Shown piece by piece: positions 39,647 to 53,100 of a DNA stretch of 64,000 bases. The notes under the pieces are model-generated. The model searched no databases, was not told the origin of the DNA, and worked only from the letters and a program-made list of their open reading frames with translations. The DNA lies in the NCBI GenBank assembly GCA_001949185.1, contig BDGG01000002.1:4206448-4270447 (forward strand). The letters run 5' to 3'. This DNA comes from Ramazzottius varieornatus (Eukaryota > Animalia > Tardigrada). Numbering within the stretch: the first letter of the stretch is position 1; each line of letters opens with the position of its first letter. Both the position numbers and the translations under genes were made by a program.

Positions 39647-42600
39647 TCAAAAGTTAGGAAGTAAACTACCTGTAGCAGGCGGCTGTGGCTTGGTAGGCTG
39701 GTACATACATAAGTAGCAGTCTTCGAAGAAGCGATTGACGGGAGTAGGCAACTGTTCGTTCCGCTCAAGTATGCCCATCAGCTTCTTATGCCCATCTTCT
39801 TGCAAGTACTCGTTCACTTCTGGACAAAGAGTTACTTCCGGAATGTTGAAACCAGCGTTACCTTCACCCCCTTCGCGATCCGCCATCGAGTCCATGAAGT
39901 GCCAGACATCCGAGCCATCCTTGGCGAACGTCACATAGTGGCTAGTCTTGATACAGAGAACTGCGAAAAGCTCCATTGTTAGGCGACCTTGACTAATGGA
40001 TGGGTCGCTGGAGATGGTCAGTTCTTTAGAGTGGTGGTTTGGATGCTTCTTGTGACGGACGGAGAAACATGTACGGCAGAAGGCCATGGAACTCAGCAGA
40101 GACGGGCTGATCTCTTCGTTGTCTTTCCATTTGAAGCAGTCACGGCATTCCAACTCTGCCTGGTTATCTTGACAGAGGCTGCAGATTCGGGGAGCGCCGA
40201 TCACTGCGTCGGTCACGTCTATGATGGGACTTGGTAAAATCAGGCGGTACATCTTGTATTGTGCACCGGAGCGTGGTGTCTGTAGAATCAAACATCGAGG
40301 CGCCTAAAGAAGAAAAATACACATTCGGGTTCTGTACCGGATTGATAGAACACAAACAGTATGCCGGTAAACACGCGCTTATGCAGCGCTATTCTTTCTG
40401 TACCTGCATACACCATACACCGTATTCACCATTATACTGGGTTATGTAGGTGGACGAGGTAACTGATTGACACGAGGAAGGTAGATAGCTCTGCGTTTCA
40501 TCTACCTGCATACGCTGACCATCAAGCTTCCCATTATCTAAGGTATGCAGTTGAATAAGGTACGGTACCACGTTATAACAAGATTTTTGCGTAGTCTAAC
40601 AGATCGAAACAAAGCCGCACTGATAAAACTCTGCAAAATTACCTCTTTGAATCGTACATCTGCATCGACCAGTGACTGATCAAACAGTTCTTGGATAGTT
40701 GGGATTGGCTTCGACTGGTTCTTCTCGACAAAGAGAGTATACCAGTTGGCGTCCAGTGTGGACATCTTTAGCAACGGATCGATCGTTAGGATGTGCTCCA
40801 GAAGGGTGTGAAGTAATTCTTCCGGGTCCTTTTCTCTGTCCGTCAAGCCTTCCACATCGCCAAAACTGTCCAGAAGCTCCCGTAGTTCCATCATATTCTC
40901 ACTGTTCACAAAAAAGTCTTTCTGAAGCGGGGCAACGATCCCATCGCGCAAAACTTCCTGCAGTAATTATAAGAACACTTGTTGGTTTCATTCAGCGACG
41001 CTTCTTATTGTTTTCTCCACACAGTTTAAACTTACCTGAACTTCTTCATAACCTTGTATGTTGCCTTTTGAGCGTGGGCGTTGTAGGATCTCTTCGAAAA
41101 CGTTGGAGAAAGCGAACATGCCGAACAAGGTGGCGTCCATGTAGCATGAGTTTTTATGTCCCTGGATTCCACGGTTCCTCCCCGAAGTCTTAGCGTGATC
41201 GATCTGTCTCAGAACGGCGACAGATCGAGGTGGTGCTGGTTTGCCTACGTTCAGTTCCCGGGCCACGGAAAGTCTACCTTTCCTTCCTATAAACACCTCA
41301 AACCATCAGCTGCTGCAAAACGAGGTTTCAATTGAACAGACAGAGTATACTTCAAGTGGCTGATCTAACAAATACTTCGATATTAACACGTAAGACCCAG
41401 GCAAACACAACAACAAGATCATTTTCCAAGTGGCGCGCACTTTTAGCCAGTGACACTGGAAAGGTACGCCATTTGGTACGCCATTTGTCGAGCTTGCTCG
41501 CCAAGCTCTCATAGTATGATCGGTTACGAACCTCCAAACTGAGGTGCTGCCACACGAGTTATCCCTTCGCTCACATTCTCATTACGATCGTGTCGGACCA
41601 TGGCGTCATTCCGAGTGGTGATTTCCTCCTGTCGCTGAACAACAGGCACTTCCGGTGAAGGGTTCGGGTGGACCGACATGGCTTCTCTGACTAACAACTT
41701 GGCGTTATTGGCCTCCTCGTCTGGGTTGTAAAACTTAGTATGCGATTTGGAACGAGAGACATTAAAGCACCCAACAGCTTTCTCACTCGAGTCGTTTTGA
41801 AATGGCTGGCCATGCCTTCGATCTCCAGACGGACTTCTTCGCGGTTGTGGTGTGTCAGCAAGCATGTTCAACTGCGCATCGGCTCGTCGAGCTGGCCGAG
41901 TCTCCCGCTGAGACTCGGATTGTTGGTGTGGGAATCTTACGGCCAATCGTTCACTCACTTCGGGAGTTACCTCCACACCAGTTGAACGGACAGAAGACAC
42001 CGAGGACGCGGACGATGCAGTGGAAGGATAGCTTGCCGTGGATGACACACTGGGCGCGGAAGGGTAAGCAGCCGGAGCCGGAGGTTTCTTGACTATGTCG
42101 CTGTAGCTTGGCTGGCGAACGAAGCCGTTACTCTGGCCTGCCTGAATCTTCACGGGGCCCTGCTTGGACACCACCAGCTTCTTTTCTTCCTCAGCGTTCC
42201 ACTGGACCGTTGGCTCATCTGGCAACAGCGTAAGGTAAGCCAGCGGGACGTAACTGGCAAAACCTGGCCTGGAGACGAACAGCTGGGTACCGTCGTATAG
42301 TCCTGTTCCGTGTCCCAGAGAGAAATCCTACATGGAATCCCATTGGGTTACATGGATGGCACATAACAAAAGCTAGGTTAGTTAACTTTTCGTATCAACT
42401 TTGGTAGGTAAGCTTACCAATTCTAGTCCGGCGTACAGTTTCGAGTCTCGAGCGTTGTTATCCAGATACCCAATCCACCGCACTGATCCCACCATCTTGG
42501 TTCCTGTATCATCGAAGTAATACACTCGACTGTCAAGCTTAATATCCGCACCTTGGAGGGCGCCGATAGGGACAGCTTCAGGAACGCCTTTGATGGTGTT

Positions 42601-43500
42601 TGAGTCTTTTGCTGGTTGACGGTCCTGTTTCACGCTGTCCAGTAAGTGGGAACCGAGGTTGACGGTCGAAGTGGCCAAGTTCGTCATAGCAGGTAGCAAT
42701 CCTATTTTACTCAACGCCTTCTTGCTTTCCTCCTTTATGTTCTTCACGATTGGCATGTGCTTAACCTCACCATCGGCTGGAAAGGTAGGGTAAATTCCGT
42801 TGGTGGTTCCCGGTGAAGTTGAACGACGACCACCGGATGCAAAATACGAAGAAGGGCTATCGACTATGTTGATCATCCGTTTGCTGGGATCCATGCCATT
42901 GGCATTCCGGTCTGCAACGGACTCTCTCGGTGGTGAGATGTGCTCGACGGTGACAAAGAGACCGGCTCCAGCTCTGCAGCGAAAGTAAGGATGACCATTG
43001 AAGCTTCCATCGCAATCGCCATGACCAACGTGATGAGGCAGCTCCAGACCGAAGTAAATTCCGGCTCTTTTGCCTTTCACAGGTCCAACATACCGCACGA
43101 CGCCAGGGTATGACATGTCGTGGAAAGCTACCGTGACAAGAGAGTCTGACTGACATGTGGAGGCGAAGTTCAAGCGCTTACTGGCTAAAAGCTTGATTCG
43201 CGTCGAATAGTCCAGTACCGGAAGGAGGAGATCCACGGCGAAGGTGCCAATGTTCGTGACATCTTTAATGCTGCATTCGAGAAGCACGTCTCTGCGCTCG
43301 ATCGATATGAGGGACAGCTGTTCTTGTCCCGGTCGAAAGTCCTCGACAACACACACTTCTTCGAAAATCTCTCCAGGATGAACCTTTGTGGAGGCAGCCG
43401 AGACAGCTCGGTCCGAAACCAACGCTTTCGCCACCAGGCTGTTGATGACAATAAACTTTCTGTTGGACGCCGGTGATGCTTGAGCGTTCCTGGCAGCCAT
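39647..43500 (-). CDS. CYLD: Ubiquitin carboxyl-terminal hydrolase CYLD (2 CAP-Gly + USP with B-box)
   Basis: CAP-Gly motifs GVVRYVG..IYFGLEL..GDCDG..YFRC and LYAGLEL|DFSLGHG. USP Cys box GIQGHKNSCYMDATLF, EKDPEE, B-box CSLC..CRDC..FCRTC..H, and His box LFAVLCIKTSHYV..MDSMADR. Confidence 0.95.
41427..41475. repeat. Palindromic repeat core, CYLD intron
   Basis: caagtggcgcgc...gtacgccatttg. Confidence 0.75.
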
Positions 43501-44071
43501 GGTCCGTTGGTGGTGTCACTTGTGTTGTGACCGATATTTCCAGGATCAGAGGAAAGCTGAAGAAACAAGGTATTACTTCGGGTCTCTGATTGATGGTAAA
43601 ACTCTGGAACGTGGCTGCGCCACTGTGGATAAATCCATAAATTTGCCGTTTCAACTACTCACTAATTCCTTACCTTAAAGACTCATCGTTCTGCGAAGAT
43701 AAAGAGGGAATGTTCACTAGACGTCGTTGGAATTCAGGAGGACGAGGGAGGAGGAATCCGAAACGAAGTCGGAATTAATTTGACTTTGCGCAACTTCACC
43801 CTGGATGGTAGAGCGGATTGCGATACAGATGGAAGCAAACGGTCTGGTAACCCTGGTTCACCCACTCGAAACTTCATCGATCAAAAACCGACACAATCGA
43901 CGCTAGGCTTCATCATACTTTACGACTAAGCAGGAATGATTGATCAAAACGTTTCTTAATCAAGCAAGACGTTCCCCGGTGGAAGTCGACGAACAGTAGA
44001 TGGCAAAAAGTGAAGGGCAATAGCACGACTCAACGCTAGTGTTTATCCAAATTTGGCCTAGCCAAAGTTTA

Positions 44072-44230
44072 GTTTAGCTAAACGGACGCGGTGACTGGCT
44101 GATCGGCGCAAACAAGCCCCGCCCGCTCCGTTTAGCTAAACGGATTGAAATCGTCCATTTAGCTGATCGTAGGCCGTCAAAGCTCTCGGTGACGTCACAT
44201 TTGCGCGCGATAATTTCAAAGCTTTGAAAG
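44072..44230. promoter_or_regulatory. Putative CYLD/CHK1 bidirectional promoter motif cluster
   Basis: Perfect palindrome TCCGTTTAGCTAAACGGA (~44127-44144) plus a second copy at 44072. CRE GTGACGTCAC at 44189, E2F-like TTTGCGCGCG, and CHR-like TTCAAA/TTTGAA. Confidence 0.45.
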
Positions 44231-45042
44231 TTGGAGAATGTTGATCCTCCAGATCTGCTCATCCCATCTGTGCTTCAACACAATTTTCAAGTCTCAGATC
44301 ATCGCCTCTTATCGATTAGCCTTCTTGCGCTCGTCATGAAGAACGCTCGAAACTGATGCGCAATACCGCGAGCCGCAGCTCGCAGGTTAAACAGTATGAC
44401 TTCCGTTTACTGCAGCCAAAAACGAAAGTTATTACCTGCGTCCAGCTAGAATTACTGGGAATCTGCTTTGCAGACTGAAGCAGAAGTAGATTCAGTTTAG
44501 TCACACAACAGTCTAACAGACTTGTAAGGTTTACTGCAAAAACACGAAAAATTGGAAAATCTTGCAGTGGCGCTAATAAAAATGTTTTTTTCCCGACTTT
44601 CGAATTTTCACCAGCACTTCTGTTTTTGCAAAGTTCTTGCGGATGGTTCATCTCTGTTTTTTTGATTTTCGAGCCGATTCCAGCGTAGTGCTACCCGTGT
44701 TCGGGATGTTTACTCGGAGTTTCGGACCTGCCGAGGACCATTCGAGACGGGATGATCAAAAACTCGTATCTCGTGTCTTGACATCACATCCGTAATTATA
44801 CGTGGACTTGAATTTAAGCACTCAGACCTGGCCGTACAATCTCAATGCCGATTGGTGCGTTTATCTATACAAACGGAGCCTCCGTTAAGTTAAACGCCAG
44901 CTCTGAGTTGCGCTAATGTCATTTGGGAGCGGATTTTCTTTGTTCTTCCATATACTATAAACTTCCTTTCAATATTCGGATCTGGTTCCGACTTCATTCC
45001 AGAGAGTCGGGCGAGCAGACGCTTGTAACGCAAGATCGAAGG

Positions 45043-47546
45043 ATGCCTGTTCAAGCGTTAGCTGATTCGACCGAAGGTGCGAGACCATCCCAGCGTCATC
45101 CAGAACGACTCGATGGACACAACTTGGAACTTGACGTTGTACCTGCTTACGAAAGTAAGTGCCCCGTGGACCCTAGTGCAAGACGTGAAGCAAGAAGAGC
45201 TACGGACCGGAACGCGGTCGTAATATGTCCGGAGCAAGAAGATGATGTTCAAGGGAACTGGTTCATCATTGGGCAGCTGGGAGAAGGCGCATATGGAGAG
45301 TGAGTCCTGATTCCTTATGAAACGGCGGCAATTAACTGTATAATGGAAATCACTTGTTACTTCTGCTTGAATTTCAGCGTTAAACTTATCGAAGATGTTC
45401 ATCAACACCGGCTATTGGCTATGAAGATCGTCGCGCTTCCCAAGATGCCTAAAGAACGTAAGAAGGTTAAAGATTTGGTGCAGAGAGAGGTACGGTAATC
45501 GTTTCGGGCACGTGATGATGGCTCCGTAACTATTGTGCAGCTTTTGAACATTTGAAGGCACTCTTATAGTATTCTTCCTCGTTTCAGATTCTCCTTCACA
45601 AGCATCTGTATCATGATAACATAATTCGATTCATCGCGAGCCGCGAATCGCCGGATACAAACTACATTTTCCTGGAGTACGCCTGCGGCGGAGAACTGTA
45701 CGACCGTATAGGTACATCTTTACTTCCGGTGATTACGCCATCCATGGAGTTCTAGTATAGACTGATCAAAACCTTGTGTGTCGTTGCAGAACCGGACTAC
45801 GGTGTACCTCGTGATAGCTGTCATGAATGGTTCAAAGCTTTGGTGAATGGAGTGGTATGTAACTTCTCTACACATTTGCTTCCTAGACTCGGTATTTGCT
45901 TCCAGCTTCCTGAAAGGGACGCATACGCATTTACTAGCGAGACGCATTGTTCCGCCACTTCACTATTCTTTATTTGCAGGACTATCTGCACCAGAGAGGT
46001 ATCTTACATCGCGATATCAAGCCGGAGAACCTGCTTCTGACTGATACAGGTAGCCAAGTTCCCTGAAGCTCAACTTCGGGTTCGTCCCATGTATGCTGTA
46101 CAGTACAAGTATTCTATTACTCTCCAGATGTGCTGAAAATTTCGGATTTTGGGCTGGCCACGGTATTTCGAGCTGACGGAAAGATCCGAATGATCAACAC
46201 TCGCCGAGGAACCCCTTCATACGTCGCACCAGAAGTGTACGCAAAAGATAGCTTCCACGCGCAGCCTTTGGACATATGGTCCGTGGGAGTCGGTAGGTTC
46301 TACAGAGTAATCCAAATGTAGATTTTGAAAGAAAAGCGTTATTGTCTGTATGTTTCTCCCATAGTTCTTGTGGCTATGGTCAGTGGGGAACTTCCTTGGG
46401 AGCAAGCGACAATGCAGCACGAAAACTTTTGTCTGTGGAAAATGAACTCGCTGACAAATTCTCCTTGGAATAAGCTACCATCGGAGTGCATCGGTCAGTA
46501 CGAGTAATCACATATCTCTCGCGATTTGTGCGTTCGCCATTAGATATCCGCGTGGAACGAATTCTCCCAATTTCAGCTTTATTGAGAAAGACGTTGGACC
46601 CGAATCCAGACACACGAGCGGACATTGCTACCATCAGAGCAGACCACTGGTTCCGAAGAGGGTTCACAAAACGAGGCACGAATTTGGAACTGGCGTTGAC
46701 ACAAAGTTTGGTTTCGTGAGATCGATTGATGCTAACGTTAAGTTGTTTTACAGCCATTCGTGCTCCAGCTCCGAAACGGTTCTGTTATGGTGGTGCCCAC
46801 GTTTTCAGCGTTCCCACAAAGACCATTCACCAGTACTCGTCTACGATGGACTCGGTTAACAACGACGCCGGAGATGCCCATCTGTTCTCGCAACCTGTAC
46901 GACTGGAGGATCTCCTGATGAGCCAAAACACCCAAGGAGTGGAAGGATTAATGGTTAGCTCACATCCAGACTGAACCATCGGTTTTTCTTGTTTTTGAGA
47001 GGCTCCTTTTGATCGTACACCAGTGATCATCTTACCTTTTGCAGCAACAAAGCCCCTTCGCACGAATGGTCAAGCGTATCACGCGCTTCTACATAAGTTG
47101 CGGCATCCCGGAAGTGATTGAAACTCTGTCTGAAATCCTGGAGCCAATGCACATGACACTGCAACGCACCTCTCCCGGTTCCGTAAGTGCAATTTTGACC
47201 AGAATCTTATAAACGCGCGGTACTTTTTTATCCGTCTCTTTTTGCAGTTTACTGTCACTGGACAAGACAGCCATAAGGGTGCTCTTGTCTTCAAAGTTTC
47301 CTTTGTTCAAACCAAGACGAAAATACTGATGGACTTCCGTTTGTCGAAGGTAAGGACAAACACTGCACCATGTGAAATCATTCGAACCGACCAACGAGTT
47401 GATATTTTTAGGGAGACGGCCTTGAATTCAAACGGGTGTTCGCAGTATTACGAGAGAAGCTGAATCATATCGTGGATGAAGATCCAGTTTCATGGAGTGT
47501 ACAACAAGATGTGAAAAGCGAAGTTATTGCGGAAGACAAAGAGTAA
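45043..47546 (+). CDS. CHEK1: Serine/threonine checkpoint kinase Chk1
   Basis: [21 protein letters not shown]|[39 protein letters not shown], and KA1 domain VKRITRF...LMDFRLSK|[10 protein letters not shown]. Confidence 0.95.
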
Positions 47547-47730
47547 AACGGCAAGACATCTAAAACCGTAAAGTCAGCGTTCGATTGAGCATTACTGAAT
47601 TGAAAGTAAAATTGATGAACGAAAAGTAACAATGCGAATAAAACCATAACTTGTTTTCCTGTAACAGAAACTGCCTTCTTTAGCGACTTTTGCCGCTGCT
47701 GGCTTTTCCCTTGCTTTAGTATTTCCAGTT

Positions 47731-49371
47731 TTACTTCTTGTTGTATTCATCGTTGATACGTCGACCGATGATTAGTCTCCGAATCTCACTAGTTCCCGCT
47801 CCGATCTCGTAAAGTTTGGCGTCCCGAAGATACCTTCCGGTGGGGTAGTCGTTGATATAGCCGTTGCCTCCAAGTGCCTGGATGGCCTGAAGCGCGACTT
47901 GCGTTCCTGATTCTGCCGACTTCAGTATAGCCGCAGCGCAGTCTTTCGAACTAGTGTGTCCGGCATCATAAGCCTTGGCCACGTTGTAGACGAAGGACCG
48001 ACAAACAGCCAGCTCTGTGTACATGTCAGCTATCTTCCCTTGCATTAACTGCCGCGAAAAATAAAGTATCAATGACACATTTGACAAGAATGTTTTCCCA
48101 AGTGGCGCATGTTTTCAGTGTCATTGGCAGAGAGCATGCGTCGCTTTGGAACCCGAACCTGACGAACTTTTCAAGTCCGCTTTGAAGAACTGTGATTGTA
48201 GTGGTCTTAGAACCCCATAAAAGGTGAAAAAACTTCACAGGAACAAACTTAATGAGGCTGAAGTATCCACCTGAAAGGTGCCAATCTGTTGATCGAACTG
48301 TTTCCGGTCGTGCACGTAGTCGAATGCGGTGTCACAGCAGGCCTGCATGATGCCCAGAGGTCCGCCCGAAAGAACTAGCCGCTCAACATCCAGACCCGAC
48401 ATCAAAACGTACACGCCCTTATTTAGCTGTCCAAGAATATTTGCAGCGGGGACTTTGCAGTCCTCGAAGATGAGCTCGCAAGTGTTAGAGCCACGCATGC
48501 CGAGTTTGTCCAGTTTCTGTGCCGTTCGGAAACCTGCCATTCCTTTCTCAATTAGGAAAGCCGTGATGGAGTGTTGTGGTTTCGCGCTTATATCGGTCTT
48601 TGCATACACCACAAGAACTTCAGCGTCGGGACCATTTGTGATCCAGAACTTGTTTCCGTTGAGAATGTAACTGTCCCCGTCCTTCTTTGCGGATGTCCGC
48701 ATCGACACCACGTCCGAACCGCTACCTGGTTCGCTCATGGCCAGCGCACCCATGTGTTCCCCACCGATAAGCTTATAAAGAAGACCGGTTATTCCGAGCA
48801 ACTACAACAAAGACAATGGTCGTACCTTGGGCAGATATTTCTCCTTCTGTTCGTCGGTTCCATGACGAACGATCTGGTTAACGCAGAGATTTGAATGAGC
48901 TCCATAGCTCAGACCGATTCCTCCACTAGCACGAGACAACTCTTCTTGTGCAATAACGTGAGCAAGGTAACCAAGATCCAATCCTCCGTATTTTTCTAGA
49001 ACGAAAAAGCAACAGGTGTATTCTCTTGCTAATTGATATGCAGCGGAAGGCACTTTCAGTGCATTCTTCTCATCGACTCCCTAACCTGGCGCAGTGATGC
49101 CGAGAAGTCCTAGCTCCCCAAGCTGCTTCCAGAAGGTCCGAAGGTTGTCGAACTTGTTGGTGGTGTCGATGGTTGCAGCATGGGGAGCAAGTTCCTTCTG
49201 AGCAAAGCGGAAGACGGTTTCGCGTAGTTCATGCTGATCCTCGTTGAGGCCGAACAGCTTGTCATCTATGGGATAATAGCTACCAAGCAGACGCACCCAT
49301 CCGTATTGCTTGTCCGGCAGGAGTGGCCTGAGTAATTTGGAGGACAATTTGCGACAGACAAGGGAAGACAT
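47731..49371 (-). CDS. IVD: Isovaleryl-CoA dehydrogenase, mitochondrial
   Basis: [56 protein letters not shown] and [32 protein letters not shown]. Confidence 0.97.
48099..48148. repeat. Palindromic repeat core, IVD intron
   Basis: caagtggcgcat...atgcgtcgctttg. Confidence 0.7.
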
Positions 49372-50178
49372 CTTTCGAAATCGTAAGTGAACTGGACTAA
49401 CACGAGTACTTGAGCGGAACTTCCGGTTGATCAATTTTCCAAAATAGAAATCAGCTGATCAGTGATCAATAGTCCTCCTCACGACGAGCTGTTTATGTCG
49501 GAAAATGTTGTTTTAAAATTTGAGTTTGCTTGATCAACGGAAATTAGTCGTGAGTGAGGCAAAATTGCGTTTTTCGAAAGTCTCGGATATGGGAGCGGAA
49601 ATGCGCGACTCTTGCGGGGTAGGTTTGTAGGCAAACTTTGCCTCCTGACTAGGCTGAAACTCATGGTTTTCTCTCTGGCTAGTCTCTGTCTGTCGATATC
49701 CCCGACACTAATAGATATCAAGAAGCCCATACGTGAAACGGTATCTCGCAACGTCAAGCACTGTGCAGACAGAGCTCAGCTGACAAATGAAAATTTGAAA
49801 TTTTGAGTCAAGTGTGCAGAGAATAATCCGTTTTCGCTTTCAAGATAAGCTACTCGAGTAGCTTATCTTGAAAGCGAAACTTCGTAATCCACTTTCAAGA
49901 TCAACACAATCAACGGAGTTTTACGGCCTGTCGTGCGGAGGACTGCATTCAGCCGTTACTGCTAGAAGTTCTTTCTTCCCTCATCGCCATTTTGCTCTTG
50001 ATCCTCGTCGGAATATTCTCGGCTATTTCAGAGCTGGCTTTTTCTTTGGAAATCAGGCAATTGCAGAAACAATCCTACAACGCTCCTCGGTACTTCATGC
50101 AGCTTCATTTCAGATTCTAATGCGGGAGATGTGAGAGAGCGGTACATTGGATTCGACTGACCGGACTCACCGACAAGA

Positions 50179-53100
50179 ATGACTGGCGGAACGTCCCTTG
50201 CTGCCAGATTTATCCTAACTAGGGACACGCCGCTAGCGGAAAACCAAGGTGCCTTGCTACCCGCGGGATCTCTTGTACAAGAGATAAAGAACGGCTCAGA
50301 CAAGCCAAATCAGCTGTTGCTGCAGTCTCTGGAAGATCACCCCAATGCAACAGGTGGACAAGCTTTCGTTCTTGTTCCTGTTGATCAGCTGTGCGAAGTT
50401 AGCAAGATCTTTGCCGAGCTACTCGCTGCGGAAAAGAACCACACAGCTCGATTGGTAGTCTGCCGGGACGAGAACTGGTTGGAAGAAGCCTTGCATATCG
50501 ATCCCGATTCGGAAGTACTCGTTTCGTTTGGGCAGCTACAGATGCTGGGCATTGTGCACTGGATCGGTGCTCTGCCCAGTCTTCGTGGAAAGTGGTTCGG
50601 GGTAGAGATATATCCTTCGGAGCTGATCGACGTAACTCGATATGTCCAGGGAAACGATGGATCGCCTATGTTCCAGTGTGTTGCTGGTTTCGGTGTCTAT
50701 GTGGCTGTCACTCGGCTTCGCCTGGCTGATGCCTGTCTCGACGCACCGTTCCCGAAAAGAGCTAAAGGAAAAAAACCATTCTCTGTTCGACCGACCAAGG
50801 CTTCTGAGATCGTAGCCGCGAAGAATAATCTCACGAGCTGTAAGTGTCATTCGCAGTACCGTAGGTCCTGCAATGTTAAGAACAACGGCTTCTTTTTCAG
50901 CTCATACAAACGGCAACAGTGGCATGAGTGGTCAAATTTCGTCCGTGTTTGATGAAGCTATGGAATGGACCGATCAGCCTACTTCTGACAATACTCCGTT
51001 GGCCGTGAACGATCGTGTGGTGTGGTTCGGAGGAGACAAGCCCGCACGGGGGACGGTTGTTTACGTTGGTAAAGTCAGCAAAAAAAAGTCCGGCGTCGCT
51101 TTGGAATTCGTAAATCTCTTATCTCTTTCTGGACAACATGTGTACATCCGTCCAACTGCTGTTTACTTCCTAGGATGAGGCCATTGGGGACAAGAAATTC
51201 ACAGGGATGAACAACGAACACTGTCTGTTCACGGTGGCTGACGGGCACGGGAAACTTGTCGAGTTGGGTGAAGTAGTGCGCGAGAAGGATTACGGGTTTG
51301 AGGAGGCTCCGCAGGTACAGACGGCAAAGACTAGCATGAGTGGGACAGGTAGCGAACCCTCTTCTAGTGGGGTTCCTCGATTAGCAGATCGAGTTGTCTG
51401 GTACAGCCCCGAGGGAGAAGTTCGCGGCCAAATCGCGTACATCGGGAAGGTACCTGGGGAAGAAGGAGAGAAACTTGGGTTACGTTTGGTATGAAATCTT
51501 TCCGTTCAGATTATCATACGAGTTTGGCTTACACAGTGCTTCGTTGTTTCAGGACGAACAAAAGGGGGATAAGAGGTTCCGTGGTGAAGTCAACGGTAAG
51601 GACCTTTTCCACTGCGGTCCTGGGTACGGCGCGATCGTCGAGTTTGACGACGTCATCTTGGAGAAAGTGTATGATAATGCTGAAGGCAAAGAACAGGGGC
51701 TTAGTGAAGTAGCTGTTCACGATAAGATCAACTGGCTGAACCCTGAAGATGGGAAGTACGAAGAGGGAACCGTCCGTTACATCGGTGACGTCGGCAAGAA
51801 GAAGGAAGACAGGATACGGATGGTTGGAATCGAGTTTGTAAGTCAAGACAATTTCACAGCTGGCTTAGAAGGAACACAGAAATTTAGAGACAACAGTCTT
51901 GTGGCAACAGTGAGAAGAAACTTTACATTGTTGCAGGTGAATCCATGTGGGCAGCTGGGCTGGGCAGGACGAGCCTACAAAGAACAGCTGTTCAAGGTGA
52001 AGCAGAATCACGGCATGTTGGTGTCGTTGGCGGAAATGACAGCAGGGCGAAATGTCGTCTGGTTCACAAAGGATGAGTACAACCGACAGAAACGAGAAAT
52101 GGCGACCAAAGCGGAGGAACCGGTCAAGATGCAAAGTAAGCAAATCAACCCGGTCGTTCCTGATGGCAAGACTGCAGCGCCGAGGAAGCCTGCGCCGAAA
52201 CAAGTGACGAAAGAGAATGATTTCATTCAGGCCTTTACCTCGATGGACAAGTACGAAGAATTCACGGTGGGTCAGCGCGTTCTTGTCGTTTCAAAGAAGG
52301 CTGGAGAAGCTGCTCGACTTGGGAAGATTCTGTGGATGGGCACGATCGCAGCAATCACCGGGCCAGCAGTTCTTTGCGGACTGGAAATGGTAATTTTTGA
52401 GCGACTAATGAAACGTGAGGTGGGGCAAACAAACTCGACAAGACTGTTTTCCCAAGTGGCGCACGTTCTCGGTGTTATTGACTGAAAGTGTGCGCCACTT
52501 GGAAGAACCATCTTGTCGAGTTTGTTTGAGCTCTATCCTTTTGAAAGCCGAATGGAAAAAGCGAAAGTGTATGAACCAGTTTTCTGATTTATCTTTCAGG
52601 ATGAAAGCGTCGGCTCGGAGGAGAACGTTACTTACTGCGGTTACGCCGGAAACGAGAAGAGAGGGTTCGTCGAGGTCTACGCCTGCAAACCGGGCCATGG
52701 ACAGTTTGTCTCCATCAAGGACGTCATCGCGGCGGATGTCGCAGATATGGGTGGTCACGCTCAGTCAGAACCCATGAGCGAGAACGGAGGATGGCAGCAC
52801 GTCGGGAAAAAACAAGGAGCTAACCCCGCTCATGCAGTTCGACTGCACGAAACTCTGACGTTCGAGCGAAACCAACCACCGCTACATTCCATTCGGCACC
52901 TGGTTCCCTCCCAACAGCCCTCAGTCCCTTCTCATCAGCCAGCGTGGCAAAACAATTCAGGAATGGGTTTCGTTCCTCAAAACAACAACTGTAGTCCGTT
53001 TGCTGTTGGTCCTTTCAGGCCACCGTTCTCACCGGCTGTGCAAAGCCTGCCGATGGAGCAGACGGGGAACAGAACATGGATGGATCATTCCTACAGACAG

